In this document: in pieces, positions 55,663 through 64,000 of the stretch | Position numbering within the stretch: the first letter of the stretch is position 1 | Layout of the letters: each line of letters starts with the position of its first letter | Origin: an uncultured Clostridia bacterium | GTDB lineage: Bacteria; Bacillota; Clostridia; Christensenellales; UBA1242 | DNA length: 64,000 bases | Assembly (NCBI GenBank): GCA_944381185.1 | Contig: CALWKE010000002.1 | Location: 130,050-194,049, forward strand | Direction of reading: 5' to 3' | Position numbers and translations under genes: made by a program | The notes under the pieces: model-generated | Seen by the model: the letters and a program-made list of their open reading frames with translations, nothing else | Told to the model about the DNA's origin: nothing | The model's database searches: none

Positions 55663-55665
55663 CAT

Positions 55666-55741
55666 TGGTGGGGGCTATAGGGCTCGAACCTATGACCGTC
55701 TGCTTGTAAGGCAGATGCTCTCCCAGCTGAGCTAAACCCCC
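55666..55741 (-). tRNA. tRNA-Val (anticodon TAC)
   Basis: Reverse complement: GGGGGTT acceptor, TCTGC-CTTACAA-GCAGA anticodon arm, ATAGG-TTCGAGC-CCTAT T-arm, CCA encoded. Confidence 0.92.
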
Positions 55742-55762
55742 ATGTTCTTGACGAACAATAGT

Positions 55763-55791
55763 AATATATCAAATATTTATCTTAATTGCAA
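55763..55791 (-). promoter_or_regulatory. promoter of the tRNA Val-Gly-Cys cluster
   Basis: On the minus strand: TTGCAA, 17 nt, TATATT, about 20 nt upstream of tRNA-Val. Confidence 0.55.
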
Positions 55792-55835
55792 GCATTTTTA
55801 TAAAAAAAATTAAAATTTTAATAATTAATTGTTTT

Positions 55836-57848
55836 CTAATTTAAAATTATCTTGCTTATTACATTTGAATTATACATTTGTTCGCCCTTTTCAAGAACTT
55901 TTTGATAAAGTGAAATATCTTTTTTTATCTCTTCTAAAATTTCTCGTGCTCTTGAATATGAAAGTGATAAAATTTTATCAAGCATTCCATTATCTTTGCC
56001 ATGTTGATTTGTGCCAACAACACTGCCCGCCCCCCTTGTTTTAAGGTCATATTCAGCAATATCAAACCCATTTTGATGTGTTTTAAAATAGTTTATGCGG
56101 TCATAAGACTTTTCGTTCAAGTTGTCAGCCAGGCAAAAGCAGAAAGATGCCGAGCCATCTCTTCCAATTCTTCCACGCAGTTGATGAAGTGTTGCAAGCC
56201 CGAATTTTTCTGGAGTTGCAATAACCATGATATCAGCAGTTGGCACATCAACACCAACTTCAACGATTGTTGTTGAAACTAATAGTTTTATTTTACCTTC
56301 TTTAAAATCATTTATAACTTTATTTTGAGTGTCTTTACTCATTTTGCCATGAATAAGTCCAATTAAACTAGGGTCAAATTTAGTCTTTAAAAAAGTAAAC
56401 ATGTTTTTAGCAGAAAATTTTACAATTTCATCATCTTCATTTTCTTCATCAATTTTTGCACAAACAACATACACTTTTGAGCCATCATATATTCTATTTT
56501 TAATATAATCCCACATATCATTTTGTTTTGATTTAATAACAATATTTGTGGTTATATTAACAGGTTTTGGTCGCTCAATAATTTTGCTGATATCAAGGTC
56601 GCCATATAAAACAAGCCCCAAAGTTCGTGGAATTGGAGTTGCACTCATAACTAATATGTCTGGCGTAATACCCTTATTTTTCAGCATTTTTCGTTGCTCT
56701 ACACCAAATTTATGCTGTTCATCAATAACTGCATAAGATAAGTTTTTAAATTCAATGCAATCAGACAAAACAGAATGAGTTCCAATAATAAGGTTTGATT
56801 TTCCACTTTTTATTGAGTTTAAAATTGAAATTTTTTCAATGCCTTTTGTTGAACCTGTTATGCAGATAGTATTAATATTTTGACTAGCAAAAAGTTTGTT
56901 AGCGGTTTCAAAGTGTTGGCGTGCAAGTATTTCAGTCGGTGCAATAATTGTTGCCTGATAGCCGTTTTTTATTGCAACAAATGCTCCAAACATTGCAACC
57001 AGAGTTTTGCCCGAACCAACATCACCTTGAAGCATTCTGTTCATGGAAAACCTTGATGACATATCGCCTGCTATATCATGACAGGCTTTTTTTTGGTCGG
57101 TGGTAAGTTTATAAGGAAGCAAATGTTCAAATTCTTCAAGCAAAAGTTCTGTTTGCTTATAAGATTGTTTTTTTACTTCTTTAAAAACCATTTTGTGATA
57201 TTCATTTATTGCTAGCATTGGTAAAAAATTTTCTAGTTCAATTCGTTCATAACAATCATCAAAATTTGTTTTTTCATCTGGATTATGAATAAAGTAATAG
57301 GCATCGTGCAAATCTAAAAGATTATATTTTAATAACAATTTATTTGGCACAAATGTTGATATTTCTTGGGTTTTAAGAACTTCATTTATTGCGTCATGGA
57401 TAACTTTTTGACCTATCATATCAATTTTGTGATACACAGGCAAAAGCCCAAGTTTTAGTTTGTCGGCAAATTTTGTTAAACTGACTATGAAGTTATTTTT
57501 TTTAGTTGGACTATTTTTGCCATATAAATATAGTTCTGCCCCTAAATAAATTTGTGATTTGATATAGATTTGGTTATACCATACAGCTGTAAATGTGTGC
57601 CCTGTTTCGTCATTCATTTTGCACATAACAAGTTTAAGGTTTCCACGAATATTGACGATTTTTGCATTTTCAATAGCGGTTGCTTTAATAAGTTTAATAA
57701 TGCCGTCATCAGCATAAGGGCTAGTTTTTGAAAAGTCATAATATTTATATGGAAAATAATTAATTAAATCAATAACAGAAAAAATGCCGTTTTCTTCAAA
57801 TGACTGTTTTCTTGTTTTTCCAATGCCAGAAATATCAAGTAGTTCCAT
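55836..57848 (-). CDS. recG: ATP-dependent DNA helicase RecG
   Basis: 670 aa. Wedge domain, GDVGSGKT, VIDEQHKFG, QLRGRIGRDG. Confidence 0.95.
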   Translation of the reverse strand: MELLDISGIGKTRKQSFEENGIFSVIDLINYFPYKYYDFSKTSPYADDGIIKLIKATAIENAKIVNIRGNLKLVMCKMNDETGHTFTAVWYNQIYIKSQIYLGAELYLYGKNSPTKKNNFIVSLTKFADKLKLGLLPVYHKIDMIGQKVIHDAINEVLKTQEISTFVPNKLLLKYNLLDLHDAYYFIHNPDEKTNFDDCYERIELENFLPMLAINEYHKMVFKEVKKQSYKQTELLLEEFEHLLPYKLTTDQKKACHDIAGDMSSRFSMNRMLQGDVGSGKTLVAMFGAFVAIKNGYQATIIAPTEILARQHFETANKLFASQNINTICITGSTKGIEKISILNSIKSGKSNLIIGTHSVLSDCIEFKNLSYAVIDEQHKFGVEQRKMLKNKGITPDILVMSATPIPRTLGLVLYGDLDISKIIERPKPVNITTNIVIKSKQNDMWDYIKNRIYDGSKVYVVCAKIDEENEDDEIVKFSAKNMFTFLKTKFDPSLIGLIHGKMSKDTQNKVINDFKEGKIKLLVSTTIVEVGVDVPTADIMVIATPEKFGLATLHQLRGRIGRDGSASFCFCLADNLNEKSYDRINYFKTHQNGFDIAEYDLKTRGAGSVVGTNQHGKDNGMLDKILSLSYSRAREILEEIKKDISLYQKVLEKGEQMYNSNVISKIILN

Positions 57849-57854
57849 AAGAAG

Positions 57855-57883
57855 ATTATATCAAAACACAAAATTTTAAACAA
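57855..57883 (-). promoter_or_regulatory. recG promoter, probable leaderless mRNA
   Basis: On the minus strand: TTGTTT, 17 nt, TATAAT, 6 nt, ATG 57848. No SD. Confidence 0.55.
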
Positions 57884-57909
57884 CAAAAAAAGTGGCAGAT
57901 TTGCCACTT
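57884..57909 (-). terminator. intrinsic terminator after the DAK2-domain gene
   Basis: On the minus strand: stem AGTGGCA/TGCCACT followed by T7. Confidence 0.8.
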
Positions 57910-57921
57910 TGCATCGTTTTA

Positions 57922-59583
57922 TTATTCAAGAGAAATCAAGTAGTAATATAGTGGTTGACCGCCTTCATGGCAATCAATTTCAATGTCTGGATATTTTTCT
58001 TTGAGTTTGTCAACAAGAGCACCCGCATCAACAGGGTCAACATTGTTTCCATAGAAAAGTGAAATTGTTGAAACTTCATCGGTCATAAGTTTTTCAATTG
58101 TGTCTTCAGTAACTTTGCTTACATTGCTTCCCTTTGTAACAATTTTCTTTTCACCAAGACCAATAATGTCATTTTCTTTAAGTTTAAAGCCATCAATTGT
58201 TGTTGAACGAACAGCATAAGTAACTGAACCAGAAATAACACCTTTAATTGTTTCATCAACATTAACTTTGTTTTCTTCAACAGAAATTTCTGGGTCAATT
58301 CTAATTGCTGCAGAAATACCTTGAGGAATAGATGTTGTTGGAAGAACAAAGATGTTTCGCTTTGAAAGGTCATTTGCAAGTTCGGCTGCAAGAATGATAT
58401 TTTTGTTGTTTGGAAGAACAAAGATATTTTCAGCAGGAACACTATCGGCAGCTTTTGCAATGTCTTCTGCACTAGGGTTCATTGTTTGACCACCTTCAAT
58501 AACATAGTCAACATTAAGGTCTTTGAACAGATTTGCAAGCCCTTCACCTGCACAAACAGAAACAACACCAATCTTTTTGAGTTCTTGGTTGTCGCTTTGA
58601 ACTTTAAGTGCACGGAACTGTTCAAGCATATTTTCAATTTTAACGCCATTAAGTTCACCAAGTTTTAATGCATGAGTGAGTGCAACACCCGGTTGATTTG
58701 TGTGAACATGCACTTTGATCAGGCTGAGGTCGCCAATACAAATAACGCTGTCACCAAGGGTCATAAGAGTTTCACGAAGTTTGTCAATATCAGCAACAGT
58801 TGTTTTTTTATTGATATTTATAACAAAGAATTCAGTGCAATATGCAAACTCAATATCGCCAAGGCTGTTATAGTCAACAAGTTCTGGGTTCATGCCATTT
58901 GCAAGAACCTTGTTTTCATTGCCACCAACCTTATCAGTTTCAGCCATAAGCTTAAGTTCGCTTTCATCGCCTGAAACAATTTTTAAAAAGCCATTTAAGA
59001 TAATTAAAAGTCCACGACCACCAGCATCAACAACGCCAGCCTTTTTAAGAACTGGAAGAAGTTCAGGTGTCATTGAAAGAGCATCTTCACCAATGTCAAT
59101 AACTTTTTTAAGAAAACCTTCCATTTCGGTTTCTTTTTTAGCAATTTTAACAGAGGCATTTGCCATTGCTTTGATGACGGTTAAAATAGTTCCCTCTTTT
59201 GGTTTTGTAACAGCTTTATAAGCAACATTTGCACCTTCAATTAAAGCATTGGCAAAATCAGAGGTTTTGATTTCTTTTAAATTATTAAAATAAGATGTTA
59301 TACCTTTAAGAATCTGTGATAAAATTACACCGGAATTTCCTCTAGCACCTTTAAGTGCACCTTTTGAAATAGCATCGCAAATTGCTTCCATATCATTGCT
59401 TGTGCACATATTAAGTTCTTTAACAGAAGATTTCATTGTAAGTGACATATTTGTTCCAGTGTCACCATCTGGAACTGGGAATACATTGAGCGAATTGACA
59501 TATTCTTTATTCTCTTCAAGATAGTTTGCACCCGAAATTATCATCTTTCTTAAAAGTGCACCCGTTATTATAACTTTTTCCAT
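57922..59583 (-). CDS. yloV: DAK2 domain fusion protein YloV
   Basis: 553 aa. PDGDTGTNMSLT Dak2 motif plus a DegV-like C-terminal half. Follows the Asp23-family gene as in B. subtilis. Confidence 0.9.
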   Translation of the reverse strand: MEKVIITGALLRKMIISGANYLEENKEYVNSLNVFPVPDGDTGTNMSLTMKSSVKELNMCTSNDMEAICDAISKGALKGARGNSGVILSQILKGITSYFNNLKEIKTSDFANALIEGANVAYKAVTKPKEGTILTVIKAMANASVKIAKKETEMEGFLKKVIDIGEDALSMTPELLPVLKKAGVVDAGGRGLLIILNGFLKIVSGDESELKLMAETDKVGGNENKVLANGMNPELVDYNSLGDIEFAYCTEFFVININKKTTVADIDKLRETLMTLGDSVICIGDLSLIKVHVHTNQPGVALTHALKLGELNGVKIENMLEQFRALKVQSDNQELKKIGVVSVCAGEGLANLFKDLNVDYVIEGGQTMNPSAEDIAKAADSVPAENIFVLPNNKNIILAAELANDLSKRNIFVLPTTSIPQGISAAIRIDPEISVEENKVNVDETIKGVISGSVTYAVRSTTIDGFKLKENDIIGLGEKKIVTKGSNVSKVTEDTIEKLMTDEVSTISLFYGNNVDPVDAGALVDKLKEKYPDIEIDCHEGGQPLYYYLISLE

Positions 59584-59673
59584 TTAAAAATTTCTCCTAA
59601 AAATAAACGATATTTATAAAAGTTGGATTATTTTTAAAACAGCAAAAAAGACAAAAGTCACCTTTTGCTTGAA

Positions 59674-60024
59674 TTAAACTTTAACACCAACAACATTGAT
59701 ATTGATTGAGTCAACTAGCATGCCAGTGAATTGTTCAACATTATATTTAACCAGCCTTCTAACAGATTCAGCAACGGCATTTATGCTGACACCATATTTA
59801 AGGATAATGTCAAGGTCAATATTAATTCTGTCACTGATAGTGGTTATTTTGATTCCGCGAGGCTTATATTTCTTTTTAAAAAGTTCACGAAGCGAATCAG
59901 CAAACTTGTTTGTCACAAGGTCAACAACGCCATAAACATCAAGTGCAGAGTGTGCAACAATCAAGGCAACTGCATCATCTGTAACAGAAATTTTGCCATA
60001 AGAATTCACAGTATTAACTGACAT
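59674..60024 (-). CDS. yloU: Asp23/Gls24 family envelope stress protein (YloU-like)
   Basis: 116 aa with the Asp23 pattern (ISVTDDAVALIVAHSALDVYGV...INVVGV). Confidence 0.88.
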   Translation of the reverse strand: MSVNTVNSYGKISVTDDAVALIVAHSALDVYGVVDLVTNKFADSLRELFKKKYKPRGIKITTISDRINIDLDIILKYGVSINAVAESVRRLVKYNVEQFTGMLVDSININVVGVKV

Positions 60025-60177
60025 ATATCTCTCCTTATTAATGTTTTTCCATAATTAGTTATATGATAACTCCGAAAAAACCTATGCTTATAATAAACTA
60101 TTTCTTAAAAAAAATCAACACTTTATGCTGGTTATGCTGGTTAAAAATAAAAAATTTTAAATAATTTTAATAAATAC

Positions 60178-60206
60178 TTGCAAATTTTGTTAGCGTATGG
60201 TAATAT
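60178..60206 (+). promoter_or_regulatory. rpmB promoter
   Basis: TTGCAA, 17 nt, TGgTAATAT. Confidence 0.6.
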
Positions 60207-60248
60207 AGACAAGGTATATTGAATATTCGCCGAGGAGGTAGAACTTTA

Positions 60249-60434
60249 ATGAGTAGAGTATGTAGTATTTGTGGAAAAGGTTCAAGTGCTGGTAACACAA
60301 GAAGTCACGCACTTAACGCAAATAAAAGAGTTTTCAGACCAAATATTCACAAACAAACTGTTGAAATAGATGGAAAAGTTCAAACAGCTTATGTTTGCAC
60401 AAAGTGTATGAAAGGTTCAAAGAAAGACAAATAA
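60249..60434 (+). CDS. rpmB: 50S ribosomal protein L28
   Basis: [11 protein letters not shown]...[24 protein letters not shown] supports ATG 60249. Confidence 0.95.
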   Translation: MSRVCSICGKGSSAGNTRSHALNANKRVFRPNIHKQTVEIDGKVQTAYVCTKCMKGSKKDK

Positions 60435-60451
60435 GATATCATTTATTAAAG

Positions 60452-60477
60452 TTCTAGGTTTTCACCTAGAATTTTTT
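60452..60477 (+). terminator. intrinsic terminator after rpmB
   Basis: Stem TTCTAGGT/ACCTAGAA followed by a T-run. Confidence 0.8.
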
Positions 60478-60541
60478 ATTCCCTATTTTTTATTTGTTTG
60501 CTAATTTTTATGAATTGGTTATAATACATTTAGGAGGCATT

Positions 60542-61279
60542 ATGTTAGAACTTAAAGATATCTGTTTTTCGGTTAAGGAAAACGGCAAAATAAAACAAAT
60601 TCTTAAAAATATTAATCTTACAATTGAAGATGATATGTTTTTTGTTATAACTGGACCAAATGGTTCTGGCAAGTCAACTCTCGCAAAAATTATTATGGGA
60701 ATAAACAAGCCAACTTCAGGCAAAATTATTTTTAATGACAAAGATATAACTCACCTTTCAATAACTGAAAGGGCTAAACTTGGAATAAGTTTTGCCTTTC
60801 AACAACCAGTTAAATTTAAAGGTATAACTGTTAAAGATATGATTTCACTTGCAACAAACAAAGAAGCAACTGTTGCCGATGCTTGTAAATTTTTATCAGA
60901 TGTTGGGCTCTGTGCAAGAGATTATATCGACCGTGATATTGATGATTCACTTTCGGGAGGTGAACTTAAGCGTATTGAAATTGCAACCATTATTGCAAGA
61001 GCAAGCAAACTCACCATTTTTGATGAGCCAGAGGCTGGGATTGACCTTTGGAGTTTTAATAGTTTGATTAAAACTTTTAAAAATTTAAAAAACAAATATA
61101 AGTGTGGATTTATAATAATTTCACACCAAGAACGAATTTTAGATATTGCTGACAAGATTATAATTTTGTCAAATGGTGAAGTGTCAACAGTTGGCAAAAA
61201 AGACGAAGTTATTTCAAAACTTTCAGAAGTTTATTCAACTTGCTTGAAGTTAGAGGAGGCGCAAAATGGAACTAACTAA
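60542..61279 (+). CDS. sufC: Fe-S cluster assembly ATPase SufC
   Basis: Walker A GPNGSGKST, signature LSGGELKR, Walker B IFDEPEAG. AGGAGG SD supports ATG 60542. Confidence 0.85.
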   Translation: MLELKDICFSVKENGKIKQILKNINLTIEDDMFFVITGPNGSGKSTLAKIIMGINKPTSGKIIFNDKDITHLSITERAKLGISFAFQQPVKFKGITVKDMISLATNKEATVADACKFLSDVGLCARDYIDRDIDDSLSGGELKRIEIATIIARASKLTIFDEPEAGIDLWSFNSLIKTFKNLKNKYKCGFIIISHQERILDIADKIIILSNGEVSTVGKKDEVISKLSEVYSTCLKLEEAQNGTN

Positions 61280-62189
61280 CAATGATAAAGAACTTCTTGC
61301 AACCATTGCAGACCTTCACTCTGTTCCCCTTGGTGCATATAACATTAGAAAAGATGGCAAACTTGTTTCACGAAGTGTGAGTGCCAATATTAATATTGTA
61401 ACCAAAAAGGATAAACCCGGCATTGATGTGTTTATTAAAGACGGAACGGTCAACGAAAGTGTTCATATTCCCGTTATTGTTTCAGAAGCGGGGCTTAAAG
61501 ATTTGGTTTACAATGATTTCTATGTTGGCAAAGATTGTGATGTAACAATTGTTGCTGGCTGTGGAATTGCATGCGGAACAAGTGCTGATGAGGGGCATGA
61601 CGGTATTCATAGTTTTCATATTGATAAAAATTCAAAGGTTAAATATGTTGAAAAACATTATGCTAGTGGTTCTGGAAGTGGAAAAAGAATACTTAATCCA
61701 ATAACAAATATTTATCTTGACAAAAATTCATACATGAAAATGGATACGGTTCAAATTAGTGGTGTAACAGAATCTGTTAGGCAAACCGATGCCGTGCTTG
61801 ATGACGGAGCAAAACTTGAAATCAATGAAAAGATTATGACAGACGAATCGGAGTATGCTGAAACAATTTTTAATGTTGACTTAAATGGCAAAGACTCCTC
61901 TACCCATGTAGTTTCAAGAGCAGTTGCAAAAAATAAGAGTCATCAAGTTTTTAAGTCGGTTATTAATGGGAATAACAAGTGTTTTGGACACACTGAATGT
62001 GATGCCATTATTATGGACGAAGCAAACATTGTTGCAAAACCAGAACTCACAGCAAAGTCAGTTGATGCTTCCCTTATTCACGAGGCTGCTATTGGCAAAA
62101 TTGCAGGTGACCAAATTATAAAACTTCAAACATTAGGGTTAACGGAACAAGAAGCAGAAGAAGAGATTATTAAAGGATTTTTGAGATAA
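61266..62189 (+). CDS. SufB/SufD family Fe-S assembly protein (short form)
   Basis: 307 aa, beta-helix type sequence ending ...LIHEAAIGKIAGDQIIKLQTLGLTEQEAEEEIIKGFL. Overlaps the sufC stop. Confidence 0.8.
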   Translation: MELTNNDKELLATIADLHSVPLGAYNIRKDGKLVSRSVSANINIVTKKDKPGIDVFIKDGTVNESVHIPVIVSEAGLKDLVYNDFYVGKDCDVTIVAGCGIACGTSADEGHDGIHSFHIDKNSKVKYVEKHYASGSGSGKRILNPITNIYLDKNSYMKMDTVQISGVTESVRQTDAVLDDGAKLEINEKIMTDESEYAETIFNVDLNGKDSSTHVVSRAVAKNKSHQVFKSVINGNNKCFGHTECDAIIMDEANIVAKPELTAKSVDASLIHEAAIGKIAGDQIIKLQTLGLTEQEAEEEIIKGFLR

Positions 62190-62191
62190 AA

Positions 62192-62218
62192 AAAGAGATG
62201 AATTCATCTCTTTTTTTA
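62192..62218. terminator. bidirectional intrinsic terminator (serves suf and spoVM)
   Basis: Palindrome AAAGAGATGAA/TTCATCTCTTT flanked by A- and T-runs. Confidence 0.8.
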
Positions 62219-62248
62219 TTGATTAAAATAGTTATATAAAAACAACAA

Positions 62249-62335
62249 TTAATTATTGTTTTGTTTAGATTTTTTCACAAATAATTTCAAAAATCCCCCA
62301 ATCACTTTTGGTGCTTTAATGCAAACTATTGTCAT
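62249..62335 (-). CDS. spoVM: stage V sporulation protein M (28 aa), absent from the ORF track
   Basis: GGAGGG SD 7 nt upstream of the ATG. Translation is MTIVCIKAPKVIGGFLKLFVKKSKQNNN, compared with B. subtilis SpoVM MKFYTIKLPKFLGGIVRAMLGSFRKD (from memory). Lies between rpe and rpmB as in B. subtilis. Confidence 0.8.
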   Translation of the reverse strand: MTIVCIKAPKVIGGFLKLFVKKSKQNNN

Positions 62336-62384
62336 ATCTTTACCCTCCAATACTGCATTATATGAAGACACCAAAAAATGTGTG

Positions 62385-63083
62385 TTAATTTTTAAAATAA
62401 GATGCAAGTTTTGTGAAAATGCCACCACCTTTTAATTGTTTTATGGTTTTTTTCATATTTTTTGATTCAAATATAGTTTTTCCACTAACAATGATATTTA
62501 CACCCATTTTTCTTAAAATTTTAGAATTTTTAATGGTGACTCCACCATCAATTTCAATGAATACCTTTTTGTCCATTTCTCTTATTTCTGCAATCTTTTC
62601 TGCCATTCCCGGTATGAATTTTTGACCGTAAGCACCCGGCTTTACACCCATAACTAAAACAACATCAACAAGCCCTGTTTCAAGCAAATCTTTAATTTTG
62701 AGTGGTGAAGTTCTTGGGCTGATTGCAACGCCTGAAACCACATTATTTTCTTTGATTTTTTTTAAAGTTTCAGTGATATTTTTGCAGGCTTCAAAGTGAA
62801 CTGAAATAATATCGGCTCCCGCTTTAATATATTTTTCAACAACCTCGTCTGGATTTTCAACCATAAGGTGAACATCAAGAAGAAGGCTTGTTTTATCACG
62901 AAGTTTATCAACAAACTTGTGGTCAAAAGTTTTATTTTTAACGAATTTTCCGTCCATAACATCAACATGAACAAAGTTTGCTCCTGCCCTTTCAATGTTT
63001 TCAAGAGCAGTTGTTAAAACTTCATCATTATTATAGTCAATGGCAATTATTGATGGTGAAACTCTAATTAATTTTGTTGGCAT
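62385..63083 (-). CDS. rpe: ribulose-phosphate 3-epimerase
   Basis: SPSIIAIDY, HVDVMDG, DVHLMV, MGVKPGAYGQKF, DGGV. Confidence 0.93.
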   Translation of the reverse strand: MPTKLIRVSPSIIAIDYNNDEVLTTALENIERAGANFVHVDVMDGKFVKNKTFDHKFVDKLRDKTSLLLDVHLMVENPDEVVEKYIKAGADIISVHFEACKNITETLKKIKENNVVSGVAISPRTSPLKIKDLLETGLVDVVLVMGVKPGAYGQKFIPGMAEKIAEIREMDKKVFIEIDGGVTIKNSKILRKMGVNIIVSGKTIFESKNMKKTIKQLKGGGIFTKLASYFKN

Positions 63084-63084
63084 A

Positions 63085-64000
63085 TTATTTCTCCTTTAAT
63101 TTAGATCTTCGAAGTTGTCCACAAGCTCCTGAAATATCACTTCCAAGAGTTCGCCTTGTGGTTGCTGAAAGTCCTTGTTTTTTTAATTCTTGCCAAAACT
63201 CTGCTTGTTTTTGTTTTGTTGGTGGTTTTAGCACTGGATTTGAATTATTTGGTGTGCTGTTTAGTGGAATTAGGTTAAAGTGACAAGAAATGCCTTTTGT
63301 TAGTTCTTTAAGTCTAACGGCATCTTCTGGATTTGTGTTTATGTCAAGTTCAATATATTCAAACACAATTCTGCGTTTTGTTTTTTCAAAATAATATTTA
63401 ATTGCAAAAAATAACTCTTTAAGTGGATAGGCTTGATTTACTCTCATAATTTTTTTTCTAATGTCGTCATTTGATGCGTGAAGTGAAATTGTGAGAGTTA
63501 TTCCAAGGTCTTCATCGGCAAGCCTTTTAATTTTGTCAGCAAGTCCGCAAGTTGAAAGTGATATATTTCGCTGTGAAATATTTAGCCCTTCTTTGCATGA
63601 AATAAGTTGTATAAATTTGACAACATTGTCATAGTTATCAAGTGGTTCGCCACAACCCATTAAAACAATATTTGTGATTTTTCTATCTGCTTTTGTTCCA
63701 CCAATGTGGTGGTTCACAGACAAAACTTCTCCCAGCATTTCGCCTGCTGTTAAGTTTCGAACAAGCCCGTCAATGCCCGTTGCACAAAATGCACAACCCA
63801 TTCTGCAACCAACTTGTGTTGAAATACATATTGTGTTGCCATATTTGTATTGCATCAAAACACCTTCAACAATGTTGCCGTCACCAAGAGCAAAAAGATA
63901 TTTTCTTGTTCCATCTTTGCTTATTAGTTCTTCTTGAATTTTTACAGGTTGGTCTTCGTAATGCTCTTTTAGCAAATTTCGAAGGTCTTGCGGAATATTT
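63085..64000 (-). CDS. rlmN: 23S rRNA/tRNA (adenine-C2)-methyltransferase RlmN, N-terminus outside the window
   Basis: Radical SAM CRMGCAFCATG and C-terminal ...GACGQL. The frame stays open upstream of the TTG at 63975 to the window edge (NIPQDLRNLLKEHY). Confidence 0.9.
   Translation of the reverse strand, partial: NIPQDLRNLLKEHYEDQPVKIQEELISKDGTRKYLFALGDGNIVEGVLMQYKYGNTICISTQVGCRMGCAFCATGIDGLVRNLTAGEMLGEVLSVNHHIGGTKADRKITNIVLMGCGEPLDNYDNVVKFIQLISCKEGLNISQRNISLSTCGLADKIKRLADEDLGITLTISLHASNDDIRKKIMRVNQAYPLKELFFAIKYYFEKTKRRIVFEYIELDINTNPEDAVRLKELTKGISCHFNLIPLNSTPNNSNPVLKPPTKQKQAEFWQELKKQGLSATTRRTLGSDISGACGQLRRSKLKEK

Noticed and set aside
54830-55665. Possible CRISPR array, given the multiple repeats
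   Set aside because: The repeat units are 77-103 nt, imperfect and irregularly spaced, and they are interleaved with tRNA genes. There are no short uniform repeats with unique spacers and no cas genes.
55003-55772. Track ORFs 55003..55209, 55415..55609 and 55578..55772
   Set aside because: They run through tRNA-Cys, tRNA-Gly and tRNA-Val or their repeated spacers. They are open only because these segments are GC-rich, and they have no SDs.

Overview
AT-rich (about 30 percent GC by eye) chromosomal segment from a spore-forming, Clostridia-like Firmicute. Coding density is high and most genes are housekeeping. Two blocks are syntenic with Bacillus subtilis. The first is M16 peptidase, ftsK, rimO, pgsA, recA, rny on the plus strand. 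The second is rlmN, rpe, spoVM, rpmB, yloU, yloV, recG at the right end. Also present are spoIIAA-spoIIAB-sigF, lexA-ogt, fhs, rubrerythrin, nrnA, an alaS-proS operon, dapA-ddh, sufC-sufB/D, five tRNA genes (Trp, Leu, Cys, Gly, Val) and many clear intrinsic terminators. There is no CRISPR array, rRNA, IS element or obvious prophage. The most unusual region is 41.7-45.2 kb. It holds an 810-bp gene-free tract with a perfect 14-6-14 inverted repeat of loxP/dif geometry. One arm of that repeat recurs inside the promoter of a nearby XerS-like tyrosine recombinase, and a decayed seryl-tRNA-synthetase-like ORF lies between them. Other points worth a second look: a catalytically dead FtsK paralog directly after ftsK; a set of consensus promoters placed 6-9 nt from start codons that lack a Shine-Dalgarno sequence (candidate leaderless mRNAs, including lexA, recG and the recombinase); a MerR/SoxR-style 19-nt-spacer promoter in front of a DUF362/ECF-S/DUF1893-flavodoxin operon; duplicated GC-rich elements and repeated spacers around the tRNA cluster; a spoVM ORF absent from the ORF track; a compact AlaRS with no C-Ala domain; a serine-palmitoyltransferase-like enzyme paired with a degenerate acyltransferase; a membrane-tethered PadR; and two roughly 1500-aa surface proteins downstream of a TetR gene. 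All calls rest on reading the sequence and on remembered family motifs. No database search was run.
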